Source: Marsupella aquatica
Lineage: Eukaryota > Plantae > Marchantiophyta
Assembly: GCA_973895155.1 (NCBI GenBank)
Contig: OZ316892.1
Coordinates: forward strand, 5,292,510 to 5,356,509
DNA length: 64,000 nt
Direction: 5' to 3'
Of the stretch, positions 50,891 to 61,522 are shown one piece after another. A model generated the notes under the pieces. It was not told the DNA's origin, did no database searches, and saw nothing but the letters and a program-made list of their open reading frames with translations. The translations under genes were made by a program, and so were the position numbers. How positions within the stretch are numbered: the first letter of the stretch is position 1; each line of letters opens with the position of its first letter.

Positions 50891-53800
50891 ATGGCTAGAT
50901 TTGGAGGAGTGAAGTTTGAGGTGGAGAAGTACGATGGTCGTACTGATTACTTGCTGTGGGAGAAGCAAGTGAAGGGTGTTCTTCGGGCCATGGGCTTAGC
51001 TCATCTGCTTTCATCGCGAGAGCAGTATGATGGAGAGGAGGAGATTTCTGTGAGACAGTGGAGACAGGAGCAGGTGATTGCTGTCAACGCAGTGATGCTA
51101 TATCTCAAGCCGCACATCATCAAGCAGCTGGATGATTATGTGGATTGCATGTCACTGTTCAAGGCTCTTAAAGAGAAGTACTACCGGGAAGATGCGTCAG
51201 ACCGGCTATACAAGAAGTCTCTCTTGATGAGCCTCAGACTCAAGGAAGGGAGCAAGATGCAGGATCACCTGGATGAGTTTGACAGTCTAGTGGTGGATCT
51301 GTCAAACCTGGGAAAAGGAGTTGAAGATGAGGATAAGGCCTTGCTTCTGCTAAGCTCCTTACCGCCGTCATATCAGGGCTTGAAACAGGTGCTCTTGTAC
51401 AGAGATCTGAAGTCCATTTCGTATAATGAGGTGGTGAGCTCTTTACTATCTGATGATGCTCAGAAGAAGCTGGGTCAATCACAGACAGCATCTTCTTCTG
51501 GCACTACGCTCAATGTGAACAGGGGAAGAGCAGCGCAGCGCACGAATGGATAGACAGGTTTAGATCTACATCACGGGGGAGATCTAAATCCAGAGGGAAA
51601 TCACAAGAGAGAAAGCCTCTTGCATGTTGGAATTGTGGCAAGCCTGGCCACATGAAAAGGGATTGTCGAGTAAAGGTCCCTACTGCATTTGCTAACGCTG
51701 CATCAAGCTCGCATGAGGTAGATTTACTTGATGATGATGATATATTGTGATGCCAAGGATATGCTCTCAACGTAGTGTCAAATCCAGGTAGTGATGACTG
51801 GATTCTAGATAGTGCATGTACTTTTCACATTTGCTTTAGGAGAGATTTTTTCAGTTCTTACACGGTTTCCAACGGGTCAGTGTTGATGGGAAATGGAATC
51901 CCATGTCAAGTTGTTGGACTTGGATCTGTAAGATTTTAGATGTTTGATGGTGTTGTAAGAACGTTAAGGAATGTGAGACATATTCCCAGCATGATGAAAA
52001 ATCTCATTTCACTTGGAGTTTTAGAGGCAAATGGCCATCAGTGGAGTTCTGCTAATGGTGTCCTTCAGGTTTCAACTGGTACTAAAGTTGTATTGAAGGG
52101 AAAGAGACATAGCAATCTATACGTTTTGGAGGGCAGTATAGTTTGTGATGAAGCCAATATAACCTTATCTCATGAGGAGACAGCCCGGCTATGGCACTTT
52201 CGTTTGGGCCACATGAGTGAAAAAGGTTTGGTTATTCTTCAGAAGAAAGGATTACTTTCTAATTTGCAATCTTGTAAGTTGGAATTTGGTGAGTACTGTG
52301 TGCTTGGGAAGCAGCACAGGAAACCCTTCGGAGTTGGAACTCACACCAGCAAGGAGGTACTTGAGTATGTACATAGTGATGTGTGGGGTCCAGCCCCTAC
52401 TCCCTCACATTCTGGACGGTTATACTATGTCACGTTCATAGACGATTACTCAAGGTATGTGTGGATCTACTTTTTACACAGTAAGTTTGATGTTTTTGCC
52501 ACTTTTAAGGAGTGGAAAGCCCAAGTTGAGAATCAGACTGATAACAAGGTGAGATATCTTTTATCAGATAACGGTGGTGAATACAGTTCCGGGGAATTTG
52601 GAACGTATTGTAAGGAGCAGGGGATTACCCGCCATCTCACAACAAGTTATACTCCTCAGCAGAATGGTGTTTCTGAGAGACTCAACCGAACACTATTGGA
52701 CCGCTCGAGGAGTATGTTGAGTCAATCATGCTTACCACATGAGTTTTGGGCTGAAGCTGTCAACACTACAGCTTATTTGGTAAATTTTTCTCCATCCAGT
52801 TCTATTGGATTCAAGACGCCATTTGAAATGAGGTACGGGCGTCCAGCAGATTACTCACATCTGAGGATTTTTGGATGTGATGCTTATGTGCTTACACCTT
52901 CCCAGCTTCGATCCAAGATGGAGTCCAAGTCAAAGAAGTGCATTTTCCTTGGCTATCAGAAAGGTGTGAAGGGTTATAGGTTATGGGATCCAGTAACTTG
53001 TAAACTAATTGTTAGTAGAGATGTGTCCTTTAATGAATCCAGATCATCAAAGGAGGGGAAGAGTTCTCAGGACTCCCATACTGACAAGGGGAAATCTCCC
53101 ATCCCGGACCGGGTTGAGGGGAAGATTAGTCATGATGTTGTTCATGACAGGAGAGATGGAGAAGCTCCGGGCTTGGAGCTGGTTCCTGTGATGGAACAAG
53201 AGGAGAAAATTATTGTTGGGGTACCTCAAATTCAACCAGCAGTAGTAACAGATCAGCCTGAGTCATCTACTAGAAGAACTTCCAGTCATTCTAGTACTAG
53301 AGCTCCTACCAGGTATGGTCAATGGGCAGACTCATCTAAGCTAGATGATATTGACATTGCACCTGATGATGATGACATGGCTTTGATCTTGGAAGAAGGA
53401 GAACCTTCTTCATACAATGAGGCTTGTTCTTTAGAGCAGAAGCATGAGTGAAATGCAACAATGCAGAGGGAGTTGCGATCTTTGAGTGACAACAAGACTT
53501 GGGAGCTGGTGGAGCTTCCAAGAGGTCAGCAAGTGGTGGACAGCAAGTGAATTTACAAGTTGAAGGATAGTCCTTCAGAGGGTGGAGATAAGATCTACAA
53601 GGCAAGGCTTGTTGCCAAAGGATTCACTCAGGAGAAAGGAGTGGATTACAATAAGGTCTTTTCACCGGTGGCTAAGTATTCCACAATTCGGATCTTGTGT
53701 CAACTTGTTGTGTTTTTTAATCTGGCGATGGATCAGATGGATGTTGTTACAGCTTTTCTCTATGGCAACTTGGAAGAGTTGCTCTTCATGAGACAGCCAC

Positions 53801-54972
53801 TAGGCTTTATGAAGAAGGGCCAAGAGAACTTAGTTTGCAGATTGCTCAAGTCCTTGTATGGATTGAAGCAGTCTCCTAGATAGTGGAACAAACGGTTTGA
53901 TGATGTCATGCTTGCTCAAGGTTTTACAAGGATGGTGTATGATCCTTGTGTGTATACAAAATCAGTCAAGAATAATGTATTTGGTTTCATCATTCTGGTG
54001 ATCTATGTGGATGACATGCTGATTGTGACTAAAAATCAATCTGAGGTTGACAGTCTCAAGGCAAAATTGAGTGTTGAATTTAGGATGAAGGATCTTGGTA
54101 AGGCCAAGAGGATCTTAGGGATGGAGATTTTTAGGAACTCTGATACTGGACAGTTGTGCTTGAGTCAAGGCCAATATGCGAGGAAAGTACTTGCACGATT
54201 CAACATGGAGAACTGTAAGCCAGTGAGTATTCCTTTAGCTTCACATTTCAAGTTATCATCGGCTTTCTCTCCTACAGATGCTGTGGAGAAAGGTTTGATA
54301 GCTAAGATTCCTTATGAGAATGTAGTAGGCAGTCTGATGTATTTGATGACTTGTACTAGGCCTGACTTGGCCCTAGCGATGGGCAAGGTTAGCAGATTCG
54401 TGTCAAATCCAGGGAAGGTACATTGGGAAGCTGTGAAATGGATTCTCAGGTATCTCAAGGGTACACAGGACTATGGATTACTATTTGATAACAAATCAGA
54501 TAGAACGTTAGTTGGCTATGTAGATTCTGACTATGGAGGCTGTCTGGATACAAGGAGGTCTACAACTGGGTTTGTATACACTCTTGGAGGAGGATGTATC
54601 AGTTGGAAATCTACCTTGCAAAAGTGCATATCTCAGTCTACTACAGAAGCAGAGTATGTTGCAGCAGCAGAAGCAGCAAAGGAAGCAATTTGGTTGGACA
54701 AGTTGATCGCAGAGATGGGTTTAGAGCATGGCAAAATGACTCTAAACTGTGATAATCAGAGTGCTCTTCACTTGGCTGCTAACCAAGTGATGGATAGCAG
54801 GGTGAAGCACATTGATATCAGGTACCATTTTATCAGGCAAGCAGTGTCTGATAAAACTTTTGAGCTAGTCAAGATTGATGGAAAGCTCAATCCCGCTGAT
54901 GCCTTTACCAAAGTGATTCCTTTGGAGAGTTTCTCAAGACACCGTGCTACTTTGCAGGTTTTGCAGTTGTAG
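50891..54972 (+). pseudogene. Copia gag-pol polyprotein, disrupted
   Basis: KFEVEKYDG gag start, CWNCGKPGHMKRDC zinc knuckle, WILDSA protease, LWHFRLGH/VHSDVWGP/SDNGGEY/NGVSER integrase, YVDD RT, RNase H (VDSD, TEAEY). Frameshift near 51550 and in-frame stops at 51748, 53449, 53548 and 53881. Confidence 0.95.
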
Positions 54973-55183
54973 TGCAAGTAGAGTTATTTAGCAATGATTG
55001 TGTGACTATTTGTATATGGATTACTCATTCTTGTTAGGCTACGGCTTAGTTCTAGTTAACCCTTAGTTAACCCTTGTGGTTTTTAGGGGGAGACCTGGTT
55101 TGGTGATTGTCTAGAACATCCCGCTGAGGATTCCATATGGTAGCATTTAGTCTAGTCCCCAAGACAAGAGTCAAGGGGGAGTT

Positions 55184-55530
55184 TGTTAGATATTGCTCTA
55201 GTCTTGTGATTCATGAGCTAACCACAGTTAGTCTAACTCGGGTTAGGACTTAGCTAATGTTAGCGGTAGTGGTGGTGTGCATATAGCTAGGGCTGATGCC
55301 AGACCCTGGTGGAACTTAGGCTCATTGTTACGGAGCTAGTTGAGAGATAGGGAGAGCTTGTGCTGTGGATGATGCTTGGTATGGCCGGTCGGCCTAGAGT
55401 GCAGTAAAGCTCTTGTGTGTTCCCGTGGACGTAGCCTCATGTGGAGGTGAACCACGTATCTCTTTGTGTCGACCATTGTGCGTTGGATGGTTCATGGGCT
55501 TGCCGTTACGAATGCCGTCTATGCTCAACA
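55184..55530 (+). repeat. Copia 3' LTR (347 bp)
   Basis: Runs TGTTAGATA...CTCAACA, preceded by the PPT and followed by TSD CGAGG. Confidence 0.95.
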
Positions 55531-58500
55531 CGAGGAACTGAATCTCGTTCATCGCAAACTTGCACTTGCTAGGTTTAGCAAAGAGACGAGCCTTACGAAG
55601 GCAAGAGAACACTTCTCTGAGCAACTGCTCATGTTCCTCCAACATTTTCAAGTAGATTAGGATGTCGTCAATAAAGACGACCACTCCTTGGTCCAACAAG
55701 TCATGAAAGATGGTATTCATCATCTTCATGAACGTTGCGGTTGCATTACACAACCCGAACGGCATAACCAAAAACTCATAGGATCCGAACCTTGTGCACA
55801 TTGCGGTCTTATACTCGTCTCCCTTAGCCATGCGGATCTGGTAATACACAGACCGCAAGTCCACCTTTGAAAACTTCTTAGCCCCGGAGAGGCAATCAAA
55901 GAGGTCATCCATATGAGGTAACGGGTACTTGTTCTTTACCGTTTGCTTACTGAGGGCCCAATAATCTGCGCATAATCTCAAAGTACAATCCTTTTTGGAC
56001 ACAAACAGCACGGGCACCCCGTAAGGACTCTTACTAGGGTGAATGAACCCTTGGTCGATCAACTCTTCCAAGGCGTTCTTCAACATCATTCGCTCGTTCA
56101 GGTTCAGACGATAAGGAGCTTTAGCCTGAGGAGCCGATCCCGGCTCCAACTCAACTTGGTGATCCACTTCTCTACGTGGAGGTAAACCTTTAGGTAGCTT
56201 CTGCGAGAGCACGTCGTTGAATTCCTCTAAAATTTTGGGAATTCGACCGCAGTCGGCCCGACCTTAGTTGACTTGACCTTTGGCTGCAACGCAGCCTCCT
56301 GAGTTGGGTGGAGATGAAAGAAGAAACATTCATGTCCACCCTTGAAGTCTTTCCACCATTGCTTCGCCGATACACACGGAGACATCCACGACACTTTACT
56401 GTCTTACTTTAAGAAATCTTTCTTTATTTTCGGTAATTTCGTGTACAACGATGGGCTCACCGCCCTTATTGGGAAAATGGAGCACCTCACCCCCCGGTTT
56501 CAAGGTAACATTGTGCTTTCTGAGATAACCTACCGACAAAATGAAGTCTACGGCTAGACCGTCTAGAACGTAGAACATCTCCTGACTAACAAAATTGTGT
56601 TGTTCGCCTATGACCTCTACCCAAAGTCTATGCACTACTCTCGACACTATCCCTTTTGTGTCGTTGGCGAACTTGCACACTAACGGTTGTAGCAACTCTT
56701 GCACGTCCACCCCAAGACGAGCTGCCGCCTGCCCACTTATGAAGCAGGTGGTCGCGCCTGTATCCACCAAAGCAACACCCAGATTACCGTTAGAAGTGAC
56801 ATTCACAAAAATCAGTTTTTTAGGATCCATTGTCTTAACTTTACGTATCTTCTCTTGCAACAACGCCTTCTCTCCGCCAGGGACATCCCCTACAGGGACC
56901 TTGTCAGCTACTAAGGGTTTGGTTAGAGCGATACTTACCTTAATGCTCTTCTGTCCTCCACCATCTTCGTTTGGCTTGCCACCTTTCGTGGAACAATCCT
57001 TACTTTGATGGCCCATGGCGCCACATGTGAAGCACATACCTTCCGCCTGCCTCTGCTCCATGGTCGCCTGCTTCTTTGCTTTCTGTGCCGATGAGGCTCC
57101 TTTCTTAAAGTTGTCGGCCTTCCGGTTTCGCTTAGCTTCTCCATTCTGGGGCTGGGGATCCGAACCACCGGCCCCTGCCCCCTTAGGTTGCTTACACTTA
57201 TTCCCGGGGCCTTTTGCTTTCCCAGCTTCCCCCTCGGATCCCTTGCCACCCACCCTCACCAAGTCCGGTCGGTTATTCACCAATGTAGTGGCCTTGTCGA
57301 AGGCGTCAGAAAGCGTTTTGAACTCATGACGCTTTTCCTGCAACTTTTCCCTGAGCAATGGCGGGAGCTTCATGATAAAGTTGTGAAGCTGTGTATATAG
57401 GGTCTCTTGTCCTGCCGGGATACACGCCAACTGATTCTAGTAATAAGTGATGAACTTTTGGATATCACCCTTGAAACTCATCTCCGTTACGCATTTCTGA
57501 GCGTGCCGCTCCGGGTACTTAGTGGTGACATGAGCACGGAGACCCTCAACCAGGTTTTCCCAAGTCAACGGCAAGGAGGAGTCCTCTTGCGACTTCTTCC
57601 ATGACTTGTACCAAGTCAGGGCATAGTCCTTCAGGTAAGGAGCGGCTGCGGTAGCCCAAGTGGAACGCTCAACGCACGCTTGGAGATGAATCTCCATCGT
57701 GGATAGCCAACTCAGGAACTTTTGTCCACTTTGTTCATAGGCCCCGTCGTAAGTTGGAGGAGTCGGTAGCTGGTTCACTTGGAACATACTCCGTCCAACT
57801 ACCACTCCCCCCTCGGGACACGACACACTCTGACTGGGCCCCCTTGTTGTGTTCCAACTGCTCATAGATGAGTCATTGGTCTTGAGTCAACGGGCCCAGA
57901 CCGTCGTCAACGGCCGGGCCCTTGCGGGTTGTGTGAGGACGGTCCTCCAACCGTCTTTCCTTTGCGGGCCGCCTGTCCTTAGGTTCTCTTGTGGATTTTG
58001 GTGACACTCCCCCCGTCTTGCGAGCACCATGACCTCCCGGGATTGAGGTATCACCCGCGTCATCCTGGTTCTGCTTGGTCAAATTATCCACAATGATGTC
58101 TGGCTCGACATCATCCTCTGGTTCTGCATTCAACCCTCTCAAGGCTGGGATCAGTTCCTCTTCCGGGTCCTGACCCTCTTCCTCTGTCTCAACTTCAGCG
58201 TTGTCATCGCTTGTGGTTGCGTCGGAGTCATCGTCATCCGACCCATCCTCTGAAGGATCAGCCACCTCCTTCCCTTTAAGTTGACGGCGCTCTGCACTTG
58301 ACTTGTTTGCCGCAACGGTCAACGGTTCGGCCGTTGCGTCTTCTTCATCTTGCTTGTAACATTCGTCTAGGGAAGTCAACCCGTCCTCCTTCTGTTCATC
58401 GTGAACTTGGGATCTCCCCTTGGTGGGGGGAGCCTGCTTGCCACTCTTTGCGCGAGTGTTTTTAGCCATATTCCCAGTGACCGAATCTGCCCGCAGTCAA

Positions 58501-61500
58501 CCAGCCGGGCACGTTGAAGCACTAAGTCCCCGCAAAAATCCGTTAAGATTTTTGGATTCTGACTTAACACGACCCCGGCCCGGTGTCTATGCCGGCAATC
58601 GCTCTGATACCAATCCCAGCACTTGTGCCTAAGTGCCCTTGGTGCCCGAACGCCTCCACGGAATACCTCGAGCAAGCATCCAAGTGCCTCTAGCACCACC
58701 TTCGGCCCCTTCCATATGAAGCCGCACTTGCTCACTTACCCGACCGCTACTCAACGGTCCTCAATGTCTGCACAAGCAACCAAGCACCTCGGTAAGTAAC
58801 CCCTCTGGATCTAGAACTCACCAAGTCTAGCATCCTAACTCAAGCTCAACAGACGTTGGTAAATAGGTCAGCAATAGGTCCTCCCGATGCCATAAGCCGG
58901 AACCAGAACTCACGCCCACTATCCGTCCAGGACAGCTCCTTCCTTGGGCGTGGCCCGGGTTCCCCCTCGTACCTATCCATCACCAACTGACCACCCTGAC
59001 CTTAGGACATGCTCATGGCCCAAATAGCGTAGCTTGTCCTAAAGCTTGTCCCAAGCTTGTCTCAACACGCCGGGACCAGAACGGCCCCGACTCTAACAAC
59101 CACTCCCAGTTCGCCCCACTAATGGTCTAGGGACCAAGCGCCCTTGGGACTCAGCCTCCATACCTACTTGGCCTTGCCTCCCCAACGCAAGCTCTCTTGG
59201 GAGGCTGAACGCGTCTTGGCTGCTGTTCGGCAGGATTTGGCAAGCGGGCGAGCTAACACCCGCAAACCACGAGAACCCATGGCGCCCCCGGAGCTCAGAT
59301 GGGTCCAACGCACCCAAGAAGTCCTCCAACGGACTTCCTGTTGGGAAGATATCGTCATTTCTGTTTGACAGTTTTCCTTAGTGTCACGACCGCCGCGGCT
59401 CACGACTTCGGCTCGGCCTTAGCCCCCAGGGAGACACCACTCCCCTCATATATGCTTCTCGAGACCTGCCATCCCCGGACCAGCTTTGGTCCCTAAACAT
59501 TTGGCCCCCAACCCGGATCTCATCGCGCATAATGGGCGCGCCACCAACTGGCAACGCCCATAACTTTCTTCATAGGCATCCGTAAGCGGAGTGCCTTAGC
59601 CCGTTGTGACCGGGTCGACCTAGTGCTCATGCCTAGGCCCTTAGGTCTGATCGCCGCTCAAGGCCCCCGACCAGCCCAACCCGGATCGGGCCACAACTTG
59701 CGCCCCAAGTGTCCGTTGCCAATGGCGTCAACTCCATTGGCCTTGGGCCCAAGAGGAGCTCACTCCCAAGCCCTCAGAACTCAAAGTCCATCCGACGGTC
59801 CAAACGACCATCCTTGAGCCCGGCCCATTTCCCCTTGACCCGACCCGACCCGCCCTAGGCTAGTCCAAGTCCTTAGTGTGTGCCTCCAGCTTGGCCCCTT
59901 GCCTCGCCAATGCCACGTCTCATTGCCCACAAGTCTCCCCATGCTAAGTCCTCCCCGGATGGCCTATCCGGGCCTGGACCATAAGGGAGCTCGGCGTCGG
60001 AGTCAGCGACGCCAGAGCTAAGTGTTAAGGTAGTCGAGTTCCGTGACTGTGGGTCTCTTCCCAGGCAGTGATCCTCCTCCTCTTTTGTGTTGTTTCTGGT
60101 CAATTGCAGTGACTGATTGGAGAGACAGTGGCCCTATCAATATCACCTTCTCCCAAAAATCCTGCTACTCCTCCATTGCCACAAGCTCAGCTTCAATCTC
60201 CAAACCTAAATTCCGCCTCCATGCTTCACACCAGTCCATGTGAACGTTTTGTGCATGCAATTGCCCAGACTTGTTCTATTTCAATCAGCATTTGGTTCAT
60301 GAATTACTGAAAAGCTTCGTGCATGGAGGCTATGGAGTCTTCAAGACTTCACAGAGTTCACAGCGCATCCGCGTGCTATGGTTTGTTTTACTTTGCAGTG
60401 TCGACAGCCACTGTGCGCTCCCGCATGCTGAGGTTGGTTTGAACCTGGGATGCAGGGGTTTGAACTCAGGGTAGGGTTTTTCAGGCATGTTTTACCAAGG
60501 ACTGGTGCAACACAAATTTTTCACCCAAACACTATTGGGATGCAGGCCATATCAAGCATGCCCAAATTTTGCAGCATCCGGCCACGAAAGGAGTGCGGAT
60601 GCTCTAGGGTACTCCATCAGGTGGCTTCTCCATAATCTTCTCTACAGTTCCTGAATTCCACAGCCTGAGGTATTCCATTGTACATGACCAAACCTATTAA
60701 AGCAGGTCCATGACCAAACCCTTTCAGTAGGATCACGGTAGCTGAAGAGTACACTTTTAGTGGGCAATACTCATTCAACTATATTTGGTTCAATCACAAC
60801 AGAATGAATACAATTAGTTCAATCACAACAGACTGAACAATACAATTTGGACAGTGTAGTATTCAATATTGTTTCCAATATATGTTCGAGCCATTTTATA
60901 CAGTATGAAGATAGTTTTTCCAATATGTTTTGGGGCAATTTTCTACAATCAGATTGCCATTTTCTACAACATGACAATAGTGTTTCGTATGTTTTTGGGG
61001 CAATGTTCTGGAACATGATCTCCCCAGTAGGTTTTGGGGCCATTTTCTGGCCCCAATCACTTCCAAACTACAAGTGCCAACCAGTCCCTCTCATCTTCTA
61101 GCTGGCTACAATGGGTTTACAAGCCAAGAGTATCACCATTTCACTCGGTGGGTACAGGGGGGTTTATACAAGCCGGGAGTAGTAGTATCATGGGTTCATT
61201 CACAGACTATCTCTCAACAGTACCTATGAAAGCAGTTAGTGTATACTGGGTGAGCTTCAATTTTTGGTTTGTCGGAGTGGAAGCTTACTTCAGGACTTTG
61301 GAAAACTTTCGCTTCTTGAACTCTATGGTACTGCTGAAACACAACTCCCACTCTGATACATGGATCGATATACAGAGTTTTTCAGTGTGGGGTTCTTGAC
61401 TTCTGATCAGGCACTAGTCACACTCCCAAAAATTTCACCATGATGGGAATTTTTGAGGAAAAGGCTATGGCGGAGGAAGAAATACAGAAAGGCATGACAA

Positions 61501-61522
61501 TTCGTTAACGCATGACAATTCG

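Larger units (their letters stand above)
48339..55530 (+). mobile_element. Full-length, defective Ty1/copia LTR retrotransposon (Tnt1/Tork-like gag)
   Basis: TG...CA LTRs at 48339-48986 and 55184-55530. 5-bp TSD CGAGG at 48334-48338 and 55531-55535. PBS TGGTATTAGAGC (tRNA-iMet, one mismatch) at 48989-49000 and PPT AAGGGGGAG at 55173-55181. Domain order gag-PR-IN-RT-RH. Confidence 0.97.
48203..60050 (-). mobile_element. Truncated, defective Ty3/gypsy retrotransposon interrupted by the copia element
   Basis: PBS TGGTATCAGAGC on the minus strand at 58612-58601. Gag 58469-57437, CFTCGAMGHQSKDC knuckle, ALVDTGAT protease, RT (APYRL, KNKYPLP, MPFGL, FIDDILI). RT stops at 55531 and resumes at 48338 (FLGH...RAFLGFMGFYRRY). 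A presumed 5' LTR spans ~58613-60050 with uncertain boundaries. No RNase H, integrase or 3' LTR was found. Confidence 0.9.

Noticed and set aside
59382-60048. TGTCACG...CGTGACT segment as a separate solo LTR
   Set aside because: No matching TSD (cttag versus gtggg) and an imperfect end. More simply part of the gypsy 5' LTR region.
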